Source of the DNA: Vibrio vulnificus CMCP6
GTDB lineage: Bacteria > Pseudomonadota > Gammaproteobacteria > Enterobacterales > Vibrionaceae
Direction of reading: 5' to 3'
Assembly (NCBI RefSeq): GCF_000039765.1
Contig: NC_004459.3
Location: 90,001 to 122,000, forward strand
DNA length: 32,000 nt
A program made the position numbers and the translations under genes. Position 1 is the stretch's first letter. Every line of letters starts with the position of its first letter. The notes below the pieces were generated by a model. It did not search any database and had not been told where the DNA came from. It was given only the letters and a program-made list of their open reading frames with translations. Of the stretch, positions 20,908-30,018 are shown piece by piece.

Positions 20908-22164
20908 CTATTCCTCTGTCTCTGCCGAACGAAAGCGCACTTTTGCGATAAAATGCGTACCGTCATCTTCCATGCTAAACGCCCAATTCATCCGCTCGCA
21001 AATTCGCTCAACAATCACCAAGCCACATCCATAACCTGCGTTGTAAGTTTCATTGCCGTCATGTCGGTTCTGAATTTCAAAACAGCACTGATGTAGCGCA
21101 ATATTGATACTCCCAACGCTATAGCTGAAAGCATTTTTGATGAGGTTATTAATGACGATGGTGACAAAGCTTTCTGGGGATCGAACTTGGCTCGGCTGCG
21201 ACAGATCAAGCTCATAACTCGAGCCCTGACGAGCAAACAAGGGTTCTAGCAACGCCAGTTGCTGCTCCAACGCCTGCTGAAGATCGTGATTGCCAAAGTG
21301 ATGTGGCTCTATCTCCGATTTACCCAACAACAAAAACGTCTCCGTCAACACCTTCATTTCCTGACCCGCTTGATGCAGACGACGTATCGCTTTTTGCGCG
21401 ACTTGGGGTTGCCCTTCCACTCGGCTAAGAATATCGGCGGAACCCTGGATCACCATAATCGGTGTCCGTAGCTCATGAGAAGCGAAGCGGCTAAACTCCT
21501 GCTCACGTTGGAAAAATCCTGCAATATGATTTTTACTGTCTAACAGAGTCTGCTCAATATGGCGCGTTTCGCTGAACGTAGTATCGATGCTAAACGGCGG
21601 ACAATCCGGTGGCATTTGACTAATTTTATGTTCAATTTCCGTCAAGGGTTTCGACAGAATGCGAACCATATACACACCATAAAGCAGCATGGCAATGGAG
21701 AGTATGCCGCCCAATACAAAAGTCACTTGGTGCAACGAGCTTTCATACTCATCCAAGTAATCATCCGAATCATCTTGGAAAACGATGTACATATTGCCAA
21801 CACCGGAAGGATGAGCAAAAACAACAAAGTGTTTGTCCTCTTCCCCTTGCAGGTATTCATAGAAACCGGGTTTGGAAAAAGCCAGCAGCCAGCTCGGTAT
21901 CTCTTTCTCGCTCCAGTAACTATCAAACTCCTGCGGATTGGGTAACGGTGCTTGGTCCTGCAATGTTGCATAATTCTCTTTGTACAGAGCGGCTTCTGTG
22001 TCTAACCAGTGGTGCAAGCTCAATACTTCTAGCTTGTTTTCCGCCACATAGATCAAGCTCCAAAACAGCGTGAACATCAGAAAGGTCAGAACACCAAAGC
22101 TCCAACGGATCTTGCGGTAAATACTAGGATAGGCGCTATGCTTTGAGTCGGTAACCTTGTCCAT
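20908..22164 (-). CDS. Two-component sensor histidine kinase
   Basis: 418 aa. There are two hydrophobic segments, an H-box (FASHELRTPI), an N-box (NLIKNAFSYS) and a G-box-like GYGCGL. It overlaps the response regulator gene by 29 nt. Confidence 0.85.
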   Translation of the reverse strand: MDKVTDSKHSAYPSIYRKIRWSFGVLTFLMFTLFWSLIYVAENKLEVLSLHHWLDTEAALYKENYATLQDQAPLPNPQEFDSYWSEKEIPSWLLAFSKPGFYEYLQGEEDKHFVVFAHPSGVGNMYIVFQDDSDDYLDEYESSLHQVTFVLGGILSIAMLLYGVYMVRILSKPLTEIEHKISQMPPDCPPFSIDTTFSETRHIEQTLLDSKNHIAGFFQREQEFSRFASHELRTPIMVIQGSADILSRVEGQPQVAQKAIRRLHQAGQEMKVLTETFLLLGKSEIEPHHFGNHDLQQALEQQLALLEPLFARQGSSYELDLSQPSQVRSPESFVTIVINNLIKNAFSYSVGSINIALHQCCFEIQNRHDGNETYNAGYGCGLVIVERICERMNWAFSMEDDGTHFIAKVRFRSAETEE

Positions 22165-22804
22165 GAATGGTCTCTAATCGTGATTCTGAAAAACCTTTGT
22201 CCAATGCGGTGCGCAAACCGTAAATGTGGCTACGCAGAGCATCACTCCCCGGCGGTTCATCGCCCCACACGCTTTCAATCACTTCAACGCGTGACACGAT
22301 TGCCGGCGCTCGCTTCATCAATAACTTCAAAATTCGCGTCTGAATACGGCTCAGTTTGATCTGCTGACCTTGGCGTTCAACCTGCTCGGTTTTGACATCC
22401 AAGGTGATGTCGGCAAATTTCAACACACCAATATCTTGTCTTGGTCCTCGGTTCGCCAATGCGTGCAGTCGCAAGCTCAGTTCCTGCATCGCAAAAGGTT
22501 TCAATAGGTAATCATCGCCACCAGCAGTAAAAGCCGCGATTTTGTCATCCAAGCCCTGTTTTGCAGTTAGAAATAGGATGGGCGTCCCACAAAGATAGTC
22601 TTCTCTGAGTTTCTTCACCGTACTGATGCCGTCAAGCTTAGGCATCATGATGTCCATGACAATCACATCGTAGTGGTTCGTTTCAATCAATCGCAGCGCC
22701 GCTTCACCATGATACGCACAATCGATGGTGATGCCTTCGAGCTCCAGATAGTCGGCAATCGTTTCTGCCACATTGTGGTTATCATCCACTAACAAAATTT
22801 TCAT
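22136..22804 (-). CDS. OmpR/PhoB-family response regulator
   Basis: 222 aa. The receiver domain (MKILLVDD...DVIVMDIMMPKLDG...LTAK) is followed by a winged-helix C-terminus (...LRSHIYGLRTAL...IHGQGYRL). Confidence 0.9.
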   Translation of the reverse strand: MKILLVDDNHNVAETIADYLELEGITIDCAYHGEAALRLIETNHYDVIVMDIMMPKLDGISTVKKLREDYLCGTPILFLTAKQGLDDKIAAFTAGGDDYLLKPFAMQELSLRLHALANRGPRQDIGVLKFADITLDVKTEQVERQGQQIKLSRIQTRILKLLMKRAPAIVSRVEVIESVWGDEPPGSDALRSHIYGLRTALDKGFSESRLETIHGQGYRLKA

Positions 22805-22816
22805 TCAGTTTTATCT

Positions 22817-22833
22817 CTTCACGATCGCTTCAC
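22817..22833. promoter_or_regulatory. Direct repeat CTTCAC-N5-CTTCAC in the divergent promoter region (candidate response-regulator box)
   Basis: cttcac occurs at 22817-22822 and again at 22828-22833. The 11-bp periodicity is typical of OmpR/PhoB-family binding sites. A GATC lies in the spacer. Confidence 0.3.
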
Positions 22834-22895
22834 ATCTCATTTCCTAACATAGCGAAAAACCAAACATCCACCATTCATATAGGGTACAGATAGAG

Positions 22896-24089
22896 ATGAA
22901 GAAGCTGACTTTAGTAAGCGCGTTAACCTTAGTTTTATCAGCTTGTGGAGGAAGTAACAGTTCAACACCAGCGCAACCCGATGTTGCTCCCAAAACAATC
23001 ACCGGTACTATTGATTCCGTCGACCCACAACACCGCTCACTTGTGGTCAATGGACACCAATATACCGTCGAGCAAGTATCGTATTCCTCGGCCAACATTG
23101 AGTTAAGTGCACTGCAACCCAATATGATGATTCGCATCGCCCCAAACACCGGTGTGCAACGCGATTCCACCAGCGGCCAAGCAGGCACTTTTTCGGCGCA
23201 ATTAGAGCCAACCATGACCGGGGTGATCAGTAACATCAACCCTACAGACCACACTTTTAGCATTAATGGAGCAACACTGACGTTTGCTAAGCTCAGCCCA
23301 GAGATTAAAAATGGCGACTGGGTGATGGTCTCTTCTCTTCCGACCGCCGACGCAGGATACAAAGTTCTGTCGGTCGTGAAGTTTGATGATCCCGATCTTG
23401 TTGGCCATGTTGAAATCGAAGGTCGCATCAACAGCCTCGATGACAACAACGGTACGTTTAAATTGGGCGCTGGCATTACAGTAAATTACGACAATGGTAC
23501 CTTTATTAAACCGCATCAACCACTTGAAAACGGTCAATGGGTAGAAATTGAAGGCCAATTTGCCAATAACGTGTTTGCCGCCAGCGAGATTGAGATCGAA
23601 TCTTACGATGATCTTGATGACGACAACGAAATCGAAGGCATTGTCACTTGGGTGGCAGGCGATAAATCGCAGTTCGAGTTGAACTACCGTGGCATGTTTA
23701 CCGTCGATGCTCACACTCGCTTTGAAGATGGCCACAAAGGTCTATTGGTCGCAGGGGCAGAAGTGGAAGTCACCGCGCAATCAAGTACAAGCAACGAGCT
23801 GCTTGCGCGTGTGGTGGAGTTTGACGAACAAGATCACGACAGCAATTGGGACGATCATGAGTTTGAGTGCGATGGCCTGGTGACTCTCCACGATAACGAG
23901 CAACGTACTATCACCATGGAATGTTCCGATGACGGCGTTAGTCTTGGCGAGAAAATTATCTATATTGATGCCAATACGCGCTTTGAGCACATTCAAGAGT
24001 CGGAGCTGCAAGGTGCCTACATTGAAGCCGAAGGCATCATGTTGAATCAACAATACGTTGCACGCGAAATTGAACGCGATATCGATTAA
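22896..24089 (+). CDS. Acidic lipoprotein with about five DUF5666-like repeats
   Basis: The lipobox signal peptide is MKKLTLVSALTLVLSAC. Repeated modules have the form G.I.S.d.....f.vNG..v......T.FE (for example TGTIDSVDPQHRSLVVNGHQYTV, MTGVISNINPTDHTFSINGATLTF and IEGIVTWVAGDKSQFELNYRGMFTVDAHTRFEDG). Confidence 0.75.
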   Translation: MKKLTLVSALTLVLSACGGSNSSTPAQPDVAPKTITGTIDSVDPQHRSLVVNGHQYTVEQVSYSSANIELSALQPNMMIRIAPNTGVQRDSTSGQAGTFSAQLEPTMTGVISNINPTDHTFSINGATLTFAKLSPEIKNGDWVMVSSLPTADAGYKVLSVVKFDDPDLVGHVEIEGRINSLDDNNGTFKLGAGITVNYDNGTFIKPHQPLENGQWVEIEGQFANNVFAASEIEIESYDDLDDDNEIEGIVTWVAGDKSQFELNYRGMFTVDAHTRFEDGHKGLLVAGAEVEVTAQSSTSNELLARVVEFDEQDHDSNWDDHEFECDGLVTLHDNEQRTITMECSDDGVSLGEKIIYIDANTRFEHIQESELQGAYIEAEGIMLNQQYVAREIERDID

Positions 24090-24149
24090 TCCGCGTTGAT
24101 ATTGCACAGCAGGTGAGTGGTTGACGTCGTCATCACTCAATCGCAAAAA

Positions 24150-24175
24150 GGCAGAGGAAATCCTCTGCCTTTTTC
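24150..24175. terminator. Intrinsic terminator after the lipoprotein gene
   Basis: The stem is ggcagagga-aa-tcctctgcc, followed by tttttc and preceded by aaaaa. Confidence 0.75.
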
Positions 24176-24277
24176 TTATTTATCAATAATGATAGCGGAT
24201 AAAAAAATAATGACAGTTCGATGCTTCACTTTGTCCAGAAGCGCGTAAGCATCGACTGCCATCTGTTTTCTTATCGC

Positions 24278-25477
24278 TTACAGGCTTAAAATCACGCCCG
24301 CAATCGATGCGCTCATCAAGTTCGCCAAGACACCTGCGGTAATTGCACGGAAGCCGTATTTCGAGATGAACGAGCGTTTTTCAGGCACCAAGCTACCCAA
24401 ACCACCGATCAACATCGCCATTGTGGAGATGTTAGCAAAACCACACAAAGCAAAAGTCACGATCGCTTGTGAGTGTGCACTCAGATCTTGTTTCACTTGC
24501 ATGAGCTGAATAAACGCTACGAATTCGTTCACCACAATTTTATTGCCGATCAGAGAACCCGCGGTAATGGCTTCATGCCATGGAATACCCAACAACCAAG
24601 CGACTGGCGCGAATAGGTAGCCCAAAATCAACTCAAAGCTAAGAGAGATGCCAAACCAACTGCCGACCCAGCCCAACAGGCCATTCAGCAGTGCAATCAC
24701 GCTGACAAACGCCAGTAAGGTTGCCCCTACCGCTACCGCGATACGCAAGCCCGACATCGCACCGTCTGCCATCGCTTCCACCACGTTGGTCGCTTTTGGC
24801 ATCTCAACGTTTTCCATCTGCACATCTTCCGCCTGAGCTTCAGTTTCAGGCATCAAGATTTTGGCCATCAAAAGACCAGCAGGTGCCGACATAAATGCCG
24901 CAGCAATCAGGTAGTTCAGTTCCACCCCCAAAGAGGCGTAACCGACTAAGGTACCGCCTGCTACCGAAGCAAGGCCACAGGTCATGACGGCAAAGAATTG
25001 CGAGTCACTCATGTGCTTTAAGTAAGGTTTCACCACCAACGGGGCTTCAATCATGCCAACGAAGATGTTGGCGGTTGCAGAAAGCGATTCAGCACGGCCA
25101 GTCCCTAACAACTTTTGTAGGGCGCCACCAATCAAGTTGATTACTTTCGGCATCAATCCAATATGGTAAAGGCCTGAGATCAAGGCAGAGAAGAAGATGA
25201 TGATACCAAGAACGTTAATCGCGAAAGTAAAACCGCCGGTTGCCAAACCGCCGAACAGAAAAGCGATGCCTTCCTGTCCATAGTTAATCAAATTTGAAAC
25301 CGCGCCCGTCACGCCATTTAGCGCATTTTTACCCGCAGGCACATACAGCACCAACAACGCAAAGGCCACTTGCAATGCAAACGCCAATCCCACCGTTTTA
25401 AGACGGATATTTTTTCTATTGGTAGAAAGCAGCCAAGCAAAAAGCAAAATGGCTACGACACCCAAGAGTGAGTTCAT
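24278..25477 (-). CDS. nupC: NupC-family (CNT) nucleoside:H+ symporter
   Basis: 399 aa and polytopic. The N-terminal STNRKNIRLKTV... and the overall pattern match the NupC/CNT family. Confidence 0.85.
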   Translation of the reverse strand: MNSLLGVVAILLFAWLLSTNRKNIRLKTVGLAFALQVAFALLVLYVPAGKNALNGVTGAVSNLINYGQEGIAFLFGGLATGGFTFAINVLGIIIFFSALISGLYHIGLMPKVINLIGGALQKLLGTGRAESLSATANIFVGMIEAPLVVKPYLKHMSDSQFFAVMTCGLASVAGGTLVGYASLGVELNYLIAAAFMSAPAGLLMAKILMPETEAQAEDVQMENVEMPKATNVVEAMADGAMSGLRIAVAVGATLLAFVSVIALLNGLLGWVGSWFGISLSFELILGYLFAPVAWLLGIPWHEAITAGSLIGNKIVVNEFVAFIQLMQVKQDLSAHSQAIVTFALCGFANISTMAMLIGGLGSLVPEKRSFISKYGFRAITAGVLANLMSASIAGVILSL

Positions 25478-25685
25478 AGTGATTATTTCCAGAGAGGGGG
25501 AACAAGGAAGGCGCGGATTGTATTACCAGCGTCGTAAGATGCAAGTCGAGAATGTTAACAAGGTGGTTCATTAGAAAAACGCAATAAAACCACAAGTCTT
25601 AACTTATTGAATAAAAACAAGATAAACGTTTGCTTTGTTTTATTGTTTCCATATGGAAAATATGTTTCTGGAAATAGAAAATATT

Positions 25686-25701
25686 TGTGACTCAAATCAC
25701 T
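25686..25701. promoter_or_regulatory. CRP-like site TGTGA-N6-TCACT
   Basis: tgtgactcaaatcact lies ~210 nt upstream of the nupC start and abuts the LysR gene stop. Related palindromes TTCCATATGGAA (25647-25658) and TTTCTGGAAA (25665-25674) are nearby. Confidence 0.3.
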
Positions 25702-26646
25702 CTAATCAGGGAAGCTGACATAGGGCTCCAGCTGTTTGTCCCAATGACACGGCGTACCGATTTTTTGTTTAATGAAATCGATGACAGCGGAGGTTTTTTT
25801 CGGCATATGCTGGCGGCTAGGATACACCGCATAAAATGGCATTTCCTGATTCGCGCGCCAATCTGGCAACAGTTGAATCAGTTTCCCAGTTCTAAACTCA
25901 TCACCAAGCAAGTAGGTCGCCAGATAGCCAATCCCCCACCCTGAGATCGCCGCGTCTCGAACCGCCTCAGCCAGATCAACCGAATAATTGCCCGATACCT
26001 TGACGCTAAGGTGCTCCCCTTGGCGGCGAAACGCCCAACTGGTGTAATCACGCTCCCAGCTTCGGTAAATCAGGCAGTTGTGATTGGCGAGATCATTGGG
26101 CTCCTTCGGTGCATCATGCTGCAGCAAATAGTCAGGAGACGCCGCGACAACGAACTGACAATCCGCTAAACGCTGAGCAATGTAGCCTTCTGGTAAATGT
26201 TCATGATTGGTGATCCAGAGATCCAACCCTTCTTGCAGCATGTCGACTTTGTAATCAAACAGATGCATTTCCACTTGCAGTAGCGGGTATTTCTGGCGCA
26301 GTTCATCAATGGCAGGGAGAATATGCAAAGTACCAAAGGATTGCGACAAGCCAATTCGTACTAAACCGGCAATTTCATCGCGCTGGCTCTCCATTTCATG
26401 CTGCGCATTATTCACCGCCTGCACCACTTGCTGGCAATGGTGATAGAAGGCCAATCCTGCTTCAGTTGGTGTAAAGCTGCGCGTGGTGCGTTGGATCAAC
26501 TTGATCCCCAACGATGCTTCGAGTTGTGCCAGTTGCTTACTGACATGAGAAACCGACACCGCTAAGCTCTTAGCGGCAGAAGTGAAGTTTTGATGTTTGA
26601 CGAGGGCGGCAAAAACCACCATTTGTGCTGCGCGTTCAGATAACAT
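25702..26646 (-). CDS. LysR-family transcriptional regulator
   Basis: 314 aa. The N-terminal HTH is VFAALVKHQNFTSAAKSLAVSVSHVSKQLAQLEASLGIKLIQRTTR, followed by a LysR substrate-binding domain. Confidence 0.9.
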   Translation of the reverse strand: MLSERAAQMVVFAALVKHQNFTSAAKSLAVSVSHVSKQLAQLEASLGIKLIQRTTRSFTPTEAGLAFYHHCQQVVQAVNNAQHEMESQRDEIAGLVRIGLSQSFGTLHILPAIDELRQKYPLLQVEMHLFDYKVDMLQEGLDLWITNHEHLPEGYIAQRLADCQFVVAASPDYLLQHDAPKEPNDLANHNCLIYRSWERDYTSWAFRRQGEHLSVKVSGNYSVDLAEAVRDAAISGWGIGYLATYLLGDEFRTGKLIQLLPDWRANQEMPFYAVYPSRQHMPKKTSAVIDFIKQKIGTPCHWDKQLEPYVSFPD

Positions 26647-26691
26647 GTTTATCGCTGTTGGCTTGTGGCTAACACCACAAGCCGAATTGAA

Positions 26692-27681
26692 TTAATTTTT
26701 GATGCGGTCAGCCAAATGGCTCACTGCCAGTGCAAAGTAATGCGAGCGATTCCACTTCATCAACACATTGTAGTTGTTGTAGACCAGATAAGCGCGGCCA
26801 TTTTCATCATCGGGCATCACTAACCAAGCTTTAATGTCTTCGTTTAGCTTAGGTAATGGGCGTCCATTGATACTAGTAATACCCAGTTTTTTCCATTCCT
26901 GCAGGTATTTGCCTTTCGCCTCTTCTCGCCCTTCTAGCTCAAGATCAAACCCTTTCGGCACGCGCACTTGGCGACCCCAAGTGTATTTATCATCCCAACC
27001 CGATTGGCTGAGGTAACTGGCTGTTGAAGCAAACACATCGGCTTTGGTATTCCAGATGTCTTTCTTGCCATCACCGTTACCGTCTGCCGCATAGGCAAGG
27101 AAAGAGCTTGGCATAAACTGACACTGCCCCATCGCACCTGCCCAAGAGCCTTTGAAGTTTTCAAACTCAATATGCCCTTGGTCTAAGATTTTCAGCGCTG
27201 CCATGGTTTCTGCACGAAAGAAGGCTTCACGACGCCCTTCATAGGCCATGGTTGATAAAGCATCGACCACAGGGAAATTGCCGGTGAACTTACCAAAGTT
27301 ACTCTCAACGCCCCACAACGCGACAATAAAGCGCGCTTGTACGCCATAGCGATCCGCAATCTGGCTCAATTCAGCGTAATGCTTTGCATAGAGATCTTTG
27401 GCTTGTTTCACTTTCCAATCGGGCACCGCACGAGGAAGATATTCATCCAGCGTTTGTTTTTTCTCCGGTTGGTTGCGATCGGCTTTTACCGCTCGTGGCT
27501 TAAATTGCACATCGCGAAAGGCTTGCTCTATGGTTTGAGCCGAAATGCCTTCTTCTGCCGCTTGGGCTTTTAAACGCTCAAGATACTGCTCAAAACTTTC
27601 AGTGTTCGCCCACGCCGATGAACAAAGTCCGATGCTGAGTATCGCGGTTACCAATTTTTTCAAATAGCCCTCCTTGAGCAA
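26692..27681 (-). CDS. Lytic murein transglycosylase (MltB family)
   Basis: 329 aa with a signal peptide. The motifs ...LWGVESNFG...GAMGQCQFMPSSF...DGDGKKDIW... are typical of the family. Confidence 0.85.
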   Translation of the reverse strand: MLKEGYLKKLVTAILSIGLCSSAWANTESFEQYLERLKAQAAEEGISAQTIEQAFRDVQFKPRAVKADRNQPEKKQTLDEYLPRAVPDWKVKQAKDLYAKHYAELSQIADRYGVQARFIVALWGVESNFGKFTGNFPVVDALSTMAYEGRREAFFRAETMAALKILDQGHIEFENFKGSWAGAMGQCQFMPSSFLAYAADGNGDGKKDIWNTKADVFASTASYLSQSGWDDKYTWGRQVRVPKGFDLELEGREEAKGKYLQEWKKLGITSINGRPLPKLNEDIKAWLVMPDDENGRAYLVYNNYNVLMKWNRSHYFALAVSHLADRIKN

Positions 27682-27713
27682 TCGAGCTGACTTTAACTCA
27701 GGGCAATCACGCC

Positions 27714-27995
27714 TTAGTCGTTTTTCTGCTGCGCTTTACGCTCTTTATGTTGTTGTAATAGATTTTCTGGCGGAGGTGGCAGTTGCAAGAAAAAGCCCTC
27801 GTTGTTGAGCGATTCTTTTACTTTTTCAATGTTCACTAATGCCAAACTACGCCCTTCAAGATTCACCGTCATCACATGAGAAGGCTTACCGAACATCTGC
27901 ATCAATGTGTCAGGGACCTGTGAAAAATCATCTTTTTTTGGGATGTAAAGATATGTGCCTTCTTTCTTAGAACTTTTATAGATAGAACAAAGCAT
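27714..27995 (-). CDS. ycgL: YcgL-domain protein
   Basis: 93 aa. [34 protein letters not shown]...[14 protein letters not shown] aligns with E. coli YcgL. The position upstream of minC is conserved. Confidence 0.75.
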   Translation of the reverse strand: MLCSIYKSSKKEGTYLYIPKKDDFSQVPDTLMQMFGKPSHVMTVNLEGRSLALVNIEKVKESLNNEGFFLQLPPPPENLLQQHKERKAQQKND

Positions 27996-28170
27996 GACAA
28001 GCCTTTTGTGCTGATTTTCGCGTTTGACACGCGAAATTTAATTTAAACCTAATTTTTTAGACGAAATCACTTATTTGACAGCAAGAGAACTTGCTGCGTA
28101 TTGGGATGAAATATAACATGACAGCCTTAGTAAAAGACAACGCTCTTTCAACAAAGGCAAGAAGTATCTA

Positions 28171-28833
28171 ATGTCTCACTCTCCAGACCTAAAAGGTAGC
28201 AGCTTTACGTTATCGGTTCTGCACCTTTGCAACAACTCGGTCGACACGGCTATCGAATTCGTCAAAGAAAAAGTTGAGCAAGCGCCCGCTTTTTTCGCGG
28301 CTGCACCTGTTGTGATCAATATCGCCAACGTTGAAGGCGACCTCGATTTTGTCGCGCTAAAACAAGGCATATCACAAGCCGGTTTTATTCCTGTAGGAAT
28401 CACTGGAGCAAAAGATAAACGAACCCAGAATCTGGCTTCCGACGCTGGGTTTGCCATTATGTCGGCCAGCAAATCGCCAACGCAGGCCCCAGCAAAGATG
28501 GCGCCAACCAAAATTGTTCGCACCCCAATTCGCTCTGGCCAGCAAATTTACGCCAAAGACGGTGATTTGGTCATTCTTAATCACGTCAGTGCGGGGGCCG
28601 AAGTTATCGCCGATGGCTCGATCCATATTCACGGCACCTTACGTGGCCGAGCGATTGCCGGGGCAAGTGGCCAAAAGGAAGCACGAATTATTTGCCATGA
28701 CTTGCAAGCAGAGCTGATCTCAATTGCGGGCAACTACTGGCTCAGTGACCAAATTGAACGCCAATTTTGGCAGCAAAAAGTGATGTTGAGCTTGGTGGAC
28801 GAATCACTCCATCTCGAAGCGCTCACTCAGTAA
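28171..28833 (+). CDS. minC: Septum site-determining protein MinC
   Basis: 220 aa. The C-terminal beta-helix motif is ...[43 protein letters not shown].... It is followed by minD and minE. Confidence 0.9.
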   Translation: MSHSPDLKGSSFTLSVLHLCNNSVDTAIEFVKEKVEQAPAFFAAAPVVINIANVEGDLDFVALKQGISQAGFIPVGITGAKDKRTQNLASDAGFAIMSASKSPTQAPAKMAPTKIVRTPIRSGQQIYAKDGDLVILNHVSAGAEVIADGSIHIHGTLRGRAIAGASGQKEARIICHDLQAELISIAGNYWLSDQIERQFWQQKVMLSLVDESLHLEALTQ

Positions 28834-28855
28834 AGAATTAAAAGGAAATCACACA

Positions 28856-29670
28856 ATGGCACGCATTATTGTTGTAACTTCGGGTAAAGGTGGGGGTTTG
28901 GCAAAACACCGTCCAGCGCCGCGATTGCTTCAGGCCTTGCGCTGAAAGGAAAAAAGACAGCGGTTATCGATTTTGATATCGGCCTACGTAACCTAGATTT
29001 GATCATGGGCTGTGAACGTCGTGTGGTCTATGACTTTGTTAACGTGATTAATGGCGAAGCGACGCTCAATCAAGCGATGATCAAAGACAAACGCGTCGAC
29101 AACTTATTCATTTTGCCCGCTTCTCAAACGCGCGATAAAGATGCGTTAACCAAAGAAGGGGTCAAACGTGTATTGGATGAGCTCGATGAGATGGGCTTTG
29201 ATTTTGTCATCTGTGATTCCCCTGCGGGCATCGAGCAAGGTGCGTTAATGGCGCTATACTTTGCAGATGAAGCGATTGTCACCACCAACCCAGAAGTCTC
29301 TTCTGTGCGAGATTCAGACCGTATTTTGGGGATTTTGGATTCGAAATCTCTGCGCGCAGAGCAAGGGCTTGAGCCGGTCAAGCAGCATCTTTTGTTGACC
29401 CGTTACAACCCTGCTCGAGTGAATCTTGGCGAAATGCTGAGCGTTGAAGATGTCGAGGAAATTCTGCACATTTCACTACTCGGTGTGATTCCTGAAAGCC
29501 AAGCGGTACTGAATGCCTCGAACAAAGGCGTGCCCGTGATTTTTGATGAAAACACCGATGCAGGCATGGCCTATTCAGACACCGTTGATCGCCTACTGGG
29601 TAATCAAGTGGATTTTCGTTTCCTTACTGAGGAGAAGAAAGGACTGTTTAAACGACTGTTTGGAGGCTAG
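28856..29670 (+). pseudogene. minD: minD (septum site-determining ATPase) with a +2-nt frameshift in the deviant Walker A codons
   Basis: ATG 28856 reads MARIIVVTSGKGGG, then runs out of frame to a stop at ~28943. From ggc at ~28899 the other frame reads GKTPSSAAIASGLALKGKKTAVIDFDIGLRNLDLIMGCERR... through to 29670. The observed ggtgggggtttggc compares with the expected ggtggggttggc (GGVG), so there is one extra g and one extra t. The track's TTG start at 28999 would delete the P-loop. Confidence 0.85.
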
Positions 29671-29672
29671 AT

Positions 29673-29936
29673 ATGTCACTGCTTGAGTTTTTCCGCCCAC
29701 AAAAAAAGACCTCTGCAAGCCTCGCTAAAGAGCGTTTGCAGATCATCGTCGCAGAACGCCGCAGCCAAAATGATCCTGCGCCGTCATACTTGCCACAGCT
29801 GAAAGAAGACATTCTTAAAGTGATCAGTAAATACGTCGCGATTGATCCAGCCATGGTGGATTTGACATTCGAACATAAAGACGATGATATTTCCGTCTTG
29901 GAATTAAACGTGAAACTGCCAGATGAAGAGAAATAG
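29673..29936 (+). CDS. minE: Cell division topological specificity factor MinE
   Basis: 87 aa. [30 protein letters not shown]... is the canonical MinE N-terminus. Confidence 0.9.
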   Translation: MSLLEFFRPQKKTSASLAKERLQIIVAERRSQNDPAPSYLPQLKEDILKVISKYVAIDPAMVDLTFEHKDDDISVLELNVKLPDEEK

Positions 29937-29959
29937 CGCTTCATTCATCGGATAGAAAA

Positions 29960-29989
29960 ACAGACGGCTTAGACCGTCTGTTTTTATTT
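29960..29989 (+). terminator. Intrinsic terminator after minE
   Basis: The stem is acagacgg-cttaga-ccgtctgt, followed by ttttattt. Confidence 0.8.
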
Positions 29990-30018
29990 ATCTATAAAGC
30001 AAATGCTCCAAGCGTGCT

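Noticed and set aside
22844-23735. 210-aa and 177-aa minus-strand ORFs
   Set aside because: They are antisense to the lipoprotein gene, which has a lipobox signal peptide and repeated domains. The antisense products have no recognisable features.
26647-26691. 9-bp inverted repeat ggcttgtgg/ccacaagcc between the transglycosylase and LysR genes, considered as a terminator
   Set aside because: The hairpin has no U-run on the transcribed strand and the LysR start follows immediately. It is probably a stabilising or REP-like hairpin, and I cannot support a terminator call.
28999-29670. TTG-initiated 223-aa 'MinD' as the true gene
   Set aside because: It would lack the entire P-loop and the first ~47 residues. 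The upstream sequence encodes those residues in two frames separated by a +2 shift, so a frameshifted full-length gene is the better description.
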